Shown here: piece after piece, positions 55,744 through 64,000 of the stretch
Numbering within the stretch: position 1 is the first letter of the stretch
Layout of the letters: each line of letters begins with the position of its first letter
Assembly (NCBI GenBank): GCA_951406725.2
Contig: OX597821.1
Location: 110,608,001 to 110,672,000, forward strand
Length of the DNA: 64,000 nt
Direction of reading: 5' to 3'
Origin: Octopus vulgaris
Taxonomy: Eukaryota
Program-made: the position numbers and the translations under genes
The notes under the pieces: model-generated
The model's input: the letters and a program-made list of their open reading frames with translations, nothing else
Told to the model about the DNA's origin: nothing
The model's database searches: none

Positions 55744-56283
55744 CTACAATCATTATCATTGTTTTCATCCACATCACTTCCCCCTTACCACCACCATCAT
55801 TGTGTCGTCGTCGTCGACGTCGTCCTCAGCATCAGCATCACTGCCTTCCTTATCACCACCACCACCACCATTATCATCGTCACCATCGTCATCGTCTTTG
55901 TCATCGTCATCATCTTCACCGTCATCACCGTAGACTGTCCGTCGATAGTCGACGATGATTGTCCGTAAGTCCATTTACGAGTCGAAGTATGCAAAAATCG
56001 ATTGCGCTCTTTCGAAGCTGTCTTCTGTTAATTTGTATTGTATGTGTGTGTGTGTGTGTTTGTGTATGTATTTGTGTGTGTGCCTGTGCGTGTGTGAGTG
56101 TGTTTGTTTGTGTATGAGTGTGTTTGTGTGTGCGTATTTGTGTGTTTGTATGTGTGTGTGTCTGTGTGTGTGTGTGTGTGTGTTTGTGTGTCTGTGTGAG
56201 TGTGTGTGTGTGTGTGTGTGTGCCTGTGCGTGTGTGAGTGTGTTTGTTTGTGTATGAGTGTGTTTGTGTGTGCGTATTTGTGT

Positions 56284-56316
<33 letters not shown>

Positions 56317-57017
56317 TGTGTGAGTGTGTGTGTGTGTGTGTTTGTGTGTGTGCGTGTGTGTTTGTGTGTGAGTGTGCGCGTGAGTGTAAGAGTGTTTGTG
56401 TGTGTGTGTGTGTGTGTGTGTTTATATGCTTGTGTGCGTGTGTGTGTCTGTGCGTGTGTGAATGTGTGTGTGTTTGTGTATGAGTATGTTTGTTTTGTGT
56501 AGGAGTATGTTTGTGTGTGTATCTGTGTGAGTGTGCGGGAGTGTGACCCTGACAGGGAAAACTAAACAATCCCGGCCTACAATATTTGATGAACTCGATT
56601 TCATACCCATCTATTAAACTTACAAATGGAGCAGAAAGCCATTAAGGTTTTTTCAGACTCGCGTTGCTGACTCTCTTGGCAAACGTTGCATGTGGCTGCC
56701 TCCCCACGGCATCGAGTTAACCCTTTGGCTTTCTTCTGAGCTGAGGGAATTCGGATGCAAAAATTGCCTTGATAAGAGCGACGATTACTCAAGATGGATT
56801 AAAGTAATCCCGTATCCAACATTGTGTGAAAGAAGACATATTTAGCCGTCATCATCATCATCCTCATCCTCATCATCAGCAGCAGCAGGAGCATCATCAC
56901 CAACGTCATCGTCGTCGTCGTCGTCATAATTCCCAACATTCGTTATCATAATCATCGGTGTCGTTGGCCCTCGTTGTCGTTTACCTTCGTCGTCGTTCGC
57001 CTTCGTCGTCACCGTCG

Positions 57018-57048
<31 letters not shown>

Positions 57049-57108
57049 TGTCGTCGTCATCATCATCATCATTTTCATCATTTTCATCATAATCGTCATC
57101 ATTCCCAA

Positions 57109-57146
<38 letters not shown>

Positions 57147-57745
57147 CCATCATTATCGTCGTCGTTGCCATCGTCGTCATCTTTCCCAACATCATCAACA
57201 CCGTCGTTATCATAATCATCGGCGTCGTTCACCCTCGTCGTCGCCCTGTCGTCATCATCATCATCATCATCATCATAATCATCATCATCATCAAAATGAA
57301 AGTTGGATGTCTTGAAAAGGCAACCGGATGCAGTTCTCGCAGTAGAATTTTGGTCAACAACACATTGACATTTTACTGATATCAATAAAAAAGAGGAAAT
57401 AGAATGAGTAAAAAATGAAGAGGCACCACTTTCCCATCTGATATGAAGCATGAATCACAGCCAAATTATGATTAAACTTGATTGATACAGGATTAAACGC
57501 GATTGTTTTGTTACCATTGCATTTTTATTGTTTATCATTTCATTGTATGTAACCCCCCACCCGCGCACACCTCCACACACACACTATGTTTGTCTTTGCA
57601 TTTTCATCGTCATCGTTCGCCCTGGTGGCAAATAAAAGAAATCATCGTCGTCGTCATCATCATCATCAACAGCATCGTCAATATCATCATCATTATCATC
57701 CTCAACATAAACATTATCATCATCATCATCACCACCACCATCGTT

Positions 57746-57779
<34 letters not shown>

Positions 57780-57790
57780 CTTGGTTTGAT
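55085..57790. repeat. (CAT/CGT)n and (GT)n microsatellite complex with internal duplications
   Basis: A ~95-bp unique segment is duplicated at about 55290 and 55743. A 140-bp GT-rich unit is duplicated at 56081 and 56221. Confidence 0.9.
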
Positions 57791-57924
57791 TCAGGTTCGG
57801 TCTTATTCCTGGTAGGATTTTTGTGGGTTGCGTGTTACTACCTATAACCTCTCGGGTATCCACATATTTCCAGTTGTCTTTCAAGCGGTTAGAACCCTTG
57901 AATGACTACTGAAAACTTGTGGCT

Positions 57925-58162
57925 CTGACTTCAGTCCCACCGCGTGGCACCCGTAGTAGAAGTATGTCTTCTATTATAGTCTCGCCTTTCAGAGTGGATT
58001 TGGCAGACGGAAAATGAAAGAAGCCCATCGCCAGTATGCATATATATTATAAAATAGGTACCAGGCTTTATAATATAAGTACTGAGGTCAATTAATTCGA
58101 CCGAAAATTATTCAAGGCGGTGCTCCAGCATGGCCGCAGTCTAATGGCTGAAACGATAAAAG
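57925..58162 (+). mobile_element. SINE family B, degraded
   Basis: TTCAGTCCCAC.GCGTGGCAC...GGATTTGGCAGACGGAAA...GGCGGTGCTCCAGCATGGCCGCAGTC. Confidence 0.7.
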
Positions 58163-58517
58163 TGGAAGCAGCTGCCGTATATCGGATTTTACTAAGAACA
58201 AAAATCAAAGATGGCCAATTGAGAGATAAAAGCTGGTTGATAGCGGTCTTTTGAATTTAGTGGATTGCTGTCGATGCTACTGACTTTGCTGCTACTGCTG
58301 CTACTGCTGCTGCTGCTGCTACTGATGATGATGATGATGATGATGATGATGCTGTTGCTTAATACTTGAGTCGACTCTGATCGAACAGATCAGCGATCAA
58401 AAAGTATTATGGCCGGAGTTTGTCTGCGCAATATAACGGAAGAGTTGTAAATTTTATAGTGTTGTCACTGCTTACACTAAGAAGACAGACAAATAAACAG
58501 ATTGATGACGATGAATG

Positions 58518-58599
<82 letters not shown>

Positions 58600-58667
58600 C
58601 ATATATACACACACGCATATATATATGTGTATATGTATATACACACACACACACACATATACATTTA

Positions 58668-59036
58668 TTATATAAAATCCGTTCTGTCTGTCTGTGTGTG
58701 TGTCTTCTAGGATCTCGGACATCCTCCATCCGATTGCGCTCAAATTTGATATGTAGATACCGATGGTATCAGGGCGTGTATAAGTCTTGAAAAAATTACA
58801 AAAATCGATTCCAGGTGAGAATGCGATCGATAAAGTGAATAAAATCGTTTTTCATTGTTATAGAAAAAAGTCTATCTTTATTTCTTTTTTTGCTGGTGTC
58901 TTACATTTAGGTTAAATCAGAGTTTCTCAAAGGGAAGGCCTATGGCATGGTCGGACAAGTTGTTTTGAGAAAATTTGGTTTAAATGCTTGACAACTCAGC
59001 TCCGTCCAATGGACGGGGGGGGGCGTTTTGCTGGTA
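58668..59036 (+). mobile_element. Probable small Helitron-like element
   Basis: TATATAAAATCCGTTCTGTCTGTCTG start and GC-rich 3' end followed by CTGGT. Confidence 0.35.
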
Positions 59037-59048
59037 TATACATATAAA

Positions 59049-59596
59049 CGAGAGTGAGTCAAAAAGTAATGCCATTTTGTTTAGGACACAGGAACATGCA
59101 TCATACATGAAAAGGAATCTAGTCTTCTGTGGATCACATCCCTACTTCTCAGCATAGTCACATTTTCTCTCAATAGCAATGTTCTACCTTCGAATGAGAG
59201 CATGTATCCCTGCCCCGTAAAATTCTGCTGAATCTTCTTTGAGCCACTTTTTCACTACAGTTTTCACTTCCTCGTCACTGGAATTATGTTTGCCTCTCAA
59301 ACCCTCTTTCATGGGGCCGAAGAGAGGATAGTCTGAAGGCGCTATATCTGGTGACGTGGAGGTGAAAACTGTAGTGAAGAAGTGGTTCAAAGAACAGTCA
59401 GCAGAATTTTACGGGGCAGGGATACATGCTCTCATTCGAAGGTGGAACATTGCTATTGAGAGAAACGGTGAGTATGTTGAAGAGCAGGGATGTGATCCAC
59501 AGAGAACCAGCTTCATCTTGATGAAAGATACATGTTCCTGTGTTGGTAATTATACCAGTCCTAAACAAAATGGCATTAATTTTTTACTTGCCTTCG
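59049..59596. mobile_element. Fold-back mariner derivative (two inverted transposase 3' ends)
   Basis: SPDIAPSDYPLF..MK..LRG....EEVK..V.KW...EFY..GI..L..RW on the minus strand. The EVK...RW part is repeated on the plus strand. Long inverted arms end in CGAG.G..AGT.AAAA. Confidence 0.88.
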
Positions 59597-59642
59597 TATA
59601 TATATATAGGGCCAACGAGGGTACGGACGCCGCTATATATAA

Positions 59643-60041
59643 ATATGTAGAAAAATACAAACTGGGACAAGAACGTAAAACATTTAGAAGACGATACAAA
59701 AAACACGTACGGGACATTCGAAGCCTTCAATCTTCAGTCAAGAACCGGATCATCCTAGCAATTTCGGCTGATTAATCTTGAGATCGCTCCGATCCGGCCA
59801 GCCCCAAGGAAAAACTAAGCTACGAGCATTAGATTTCTTGGAAGAAGGATCGAATCTATACGAAACAGGGACAGAAAAACGGACGATGCCACACGAATAT
59901 AAAATACAAAAAACAATAATGGTAAAAACAGGACAAAAACAGCGGGTGTCGACTGAAGATTGAAGGCTTCGAATGTCCCGTCCGTGTTTTTTGTATCGTC
60001 TTCTAAATATTTTACGTTCTTGTCCCACTTTGTATTTTTCT

Positions 60042-60047
<6 letters not shown>
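59643..60047. mobile_element. Element with 97-bp inverted arms in (TA)n (probable PLE pLTR fold-back)
   Basis: 59643-59739 is the reverse complement of 59951-60047 with few mismatches. Confidence 0.75.
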
Positions 60048-60077
<30 letters not shown>

Positions 60078-61524
60078 AGATTATAATTTAAAATAATACA
60101 AGTTTGCTATGGACTTCCGATAGTGATATACAGCAACTGGTTGGATTTAGCTGCAACATACGTACATATATATGTCCCAGTGACATTCTTCATAACTTTC
60201 AGAAAAATTGGTAGATTTGTATTATATTGGAAATTTTTGTGAAATAAATTTTCCGAAGAAAAATATGATGTGTATCAGTAAATATGTGTGCTATCTCACC
60301 AATTTATATTTTCATAATAAATTCCGATATAATCGAAATACCCTCTGAAAGGTAATTGTAGAAATTTTCATTTCAAAATACTTATTCTTTTAAAAGTTAT
60401 GAGGAAATAAATCCGACTCGTATGACTATTCTGAAACTCCTCTCCCCATTACCCCCAAAATATTGTTTTTACAACAAATTCAGATATAATCGGAACTTAC
60501 ACCATCTGAAGTGCATTTGTAGAACATTTCATTAAAAGAACATTCGATTTTCCTGGGAGTTATGAGGAAGCAAGTCGGTGGGACACATTTGTGTACATAC
60601 ACAAATGCCCATTGCTTTAACATAAGTTATACTGAGATTATATGGCTATTAGATAGCTATATTGCTTCGTTTCTTTTTCATTTTCTGTGTAAGAATATTT
60701 AACCATATAACTGCATGTTATATATAAACAAAGAACATACTTCTATCGTCCGGTTTGCATCAAAAGGAAGATGGTAATGAGAATGAGATGGGCTCAGGTT
60801 TTCACTACACATAAACGTAAATAGAATAAGAGTATTTGCGATGATATTGTGTTTAGTAACTGTATTACTGTATTAAAATGCATCATGTGTGATGATGTGT
60901 GATGATGTGTGTTGTGTGTGTGTATGTGTGTTCGTGTGTGTGTTTGTGTGAGGGATATGACTTTTGTATTTTTTGGAGGTAAACAATTTCCTGTATCAAA
61001 ACCTATAAAGTTAGAAATACGTATTGCTTTTAATTTTTTCCTGTTACCGAATGCTTGTAGTGGCTTCTGTCTTATAATAGCCAAGTTTTGAACCTTAGCA
61101 TAGAGCAATTTCAATTCAGTAATCTTAAAAATGTATAAATACACTTTTATTCCACATCTCTCTTGCATTTACAAGGGCCAAGGCAGCGAAAATACTGAAG
61201 TGTGAATCTAGTGCCATAAAGTGATTATAGTTTTAAAAGCCCATAACTCCAAAACTAATTCAAATAGAAAGCCGAAACTTCAGATATACTATTTCTGCAT
61301 TGCATTAAGTCAGCACATCAAGTTTGGTAAAAAACTTGAGCTGGCGTTATGAACCCCAACTAGAATTTTGCATGATTTGGGCCAAAAGTGGTGACCGATT
61401 TCTTAAGTTGGGGGTCGACAATTTTTTCAAATAACGCAAAACAAATGTTAATTACCTGATTGTTATAACATAATTAATCGAAGTCCAATATAAGGTTATT
61501 AGGTTATGAAAAGGTCATAGCTCT

Positions 61525-61578
<54 letters not shown>

Positions 61579-61896
61579 TGTATACATAGATTAAAATTTA
61601 TCGGCAACTTTAGGCAGTAATTTTTCATTGCTTTATAAGCGCACGTTCTTTTGACATAATTGCATTTCATCTTATAGCTCTATTTTTTTTTACACTTTCC
61701 ATTACTGAATTCGAGCTTCATACACGTTGCATGTCTTGCTAGCGTTCTTTTCATGTGCATGCCATTTGTATACTTACGCATATACACTATAAGAATGATA
61801 AATTGATATCAAACCAAAGTAAAACATACTATCTTAAAGATAGCGTGTTGGCACTAGTATATATATGTATATATGTGTATATAGATAGATACATAC

Positions 61897-61985
<89 letters not shown>

Positions 61986-62083
61986 TGTATATGTATGTAT
62001 GTATATATATATATATGTATATGTATATATATATACATCTATATATATGTGTATGTCTATATGTATATATATATATGTGTGTG

Positions 62084-62131
<48 letters not shown>

Positions 62132-62134
<3 letters not shown>

Positions 62135-63989
62135 TTTGATACTTTGATACTTTGATAGGTTTCGGCCATTATTGGCCCAGGCCATGTCTAACTTAATAGC
62201 ACCACCTGGTGAAGTCTTTCAAGTCAGAATTTGGGCACTATGGCCCACTCAAGTAGAGAGTTATTGTTTACAGAGACATATCCGGGTGTAGGGGGTTTAT
62301 CCGGGATTTCTTGAAGGAATCTGTCCAAAGACTTCTTGAACCCTATAGGGTCAGTTTCTGTTTTAATGTGTTTTGGTGTAATGTTAAAGAGAGCGGGGCC
62401 AATTGAGGTGAAATAATTGTACCGTATTGTTGTTATGAGATGAGAGTGCGATTTTTGTTTTGGGCGGATGGCACGGGGCCCAAGCCTTGGATGTACCTTA
62501 AAGGTGATGCCAACATCATTTGGGCAATGCTGATGGAATATTTTCCACATCATGCAGATGATGTAGCGCTCACGACGACGTTGGAGAGAATAGAGTTTTA
62601 GCTTTTCTAGTCGACCCCAATAGTCGAGGCCTGTCATGCCATCTATCTTTTTTGTGATTGCCCTTTGAGGTGCTTCGACTTTTTTGATACCTTGTATTGT
62701 GTGGGGAGACCACAGTGGACAACAGTATTCAAGGTGGGGTCGGGCAAAAGTGGAGAAGAGAAGGATAATGGTGTGGATATCTCTCGACTGGAAAGTTCTG
62801 AGAATCCAGGAACACATTCTGCGGGCCATGTCAACTTTGGTGTTTATATGAGTGGCCCAGCTTACGTTGTTGTCCACAATTACTCCCAAGTCTCTGATGT
62901 TGTTGGACGCCGCGAGAGTTTCACCTGAAGGAAGGGAGTATGGGAGTTTCAGGGCATCCTCTTTTCCAAAGTGGATTAGCTCAAATTTATCCTCGTTCAG
63001 CAGCATATTGTTTTTTTCTGCCCATTGGATAACAGCCAGTAGATCTGACTGAAGGCATGTCCGGTCACTCGCCTCATTTATGACCTTCTGTAGCTTGGAG
63101 TCATCTGCAAAGATTTTTATGTTGCTGTGCTTGATGATGTCATTAATGTCATTAATGTAAATGATGAAAAGAAGTGGGCCCAGCACAGTGCCTTGCGGAA
63201 CGCCACTACTGACTTTGGCTGGGCTTGATTTTACCCCTTCAACTACAACATGTTGAGATCTGTCTGTCAGGAAACACTTAATCCATTTCAGTAACTTTCC
63301 AGAGACACCAATGTTGGATAGTTTTTTCAATAGGATCTTGTGATCGACCCTGTCGAAGGCCTTACTGAAATCAAGGTAGATGACATCGGTGTTGGAGCCC
63401 TCTCCCAAAGCTCTCAAAATGTCCTCAAAGTGATGCAGGAGCTGCGTTAGGCAGTCCCTTCCATTACGGAACCCATGTTGGTTGGAGATCAGCCGTCTGT
63501 TGCTTTCCAGAAATTGGGTTATTTGAGATCTCACCACCCTCTCAAATACCTTGATGATATGAGAGGTGAGTGAGATCGGACGGTAATTCACTGCAAGGGA
63601 CTTGTTTCCCTTTTTGAAAACTGGGACAACAGACTGGGACAGAAGGTTTTTGGAATATAGCCAGCATCCAGTGAGTTTCTCCACAGATTAGCAAGGGGAG
63701 ATGCAAGTTGGTGTCGACACACCTTCAGGACACAAGCAGGGAACCTATCGGGGCCTACTGCTGAATTGTGTTTTATTTCGTTTATCGCCGCTAAGACATC
63801 AGGGGCACTAAACGTTATGTCCGATATAGTGTGTTGGGGGTTGACATCACTGATACAGCCCAGATCGGCCATATCAGGATTGCTGAAAACAGAGCAGTAT
63901 TGTTTCTGCAGTATCTCGGCCATGGATTTGGCATTATCTTGGAGAGTGCCAGTTTCGTCAATTAGAGGGCCTACAGTATTAGAGGGCCT
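62132..63989 (-). mobile_element. 5'-truncated CR1-like LINE with near-intact RT domain and (AAAGTATC)n tail
   Basis: NYRPISLTS, QHGFR, YLDFSKAFD, SGVPQGTVLGPLLF, IFADD, RDLGV, RPHLEY. One frameshift near 63650, 8-mer tail at 62132-62157, (TA)n on both sides. Confidence 0.93.
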
Positions 63990-64000
63990 ATATATATATA

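Noticed and set aside
55036-55994. Poly-His/Ile/Asp ORFs
   Set aside because: (CAT)n microsatellite, open by composition alone.
59745-59825. Hammerhead on the minus strand (GGCTG...CAGCC GAAA)
   Set aside because: Stem II and GAAA are present but the CUGANGA box is absent.

Overview
AT-rich, microsatellite-saturated animal genomic DNA. The SINE repertoire resembles octopus/coleoid cephalopod sequence (inference, not verified). I can support no intact host protein-coding gene, and most ORFs in the track are translated microsatellites. The window is dominated by transposons. There are four Penelope-like elements (PLEs): two Neptune-like RT-bearing copies and two RT-less Naiad-like GIY-YIG copies. 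It also holds several solo or fold-back pseudo-LTRs (pLTRs), RTE, CR1-like and R4/Dong-like LINE fragments, Tc1/mariner, piggyBac-like and hAT-like MITEs, probable Helitron derivatives, two solo LTRs and over 25 tRNA-derived SINE copies. The most striking signal is at least 8 type I hammerhead ribozyme (HHR) motifs in three architectures. These include two canonical HHRs with a ~60-nt stem II downstream of endonuclease-only Naiad-like ORFs (one ORF has UGA at a conserved Cys position), and a ~300-bp tRNA-headed SINE-like unit carrying an HHR, resembling a Pol III retrozyme.
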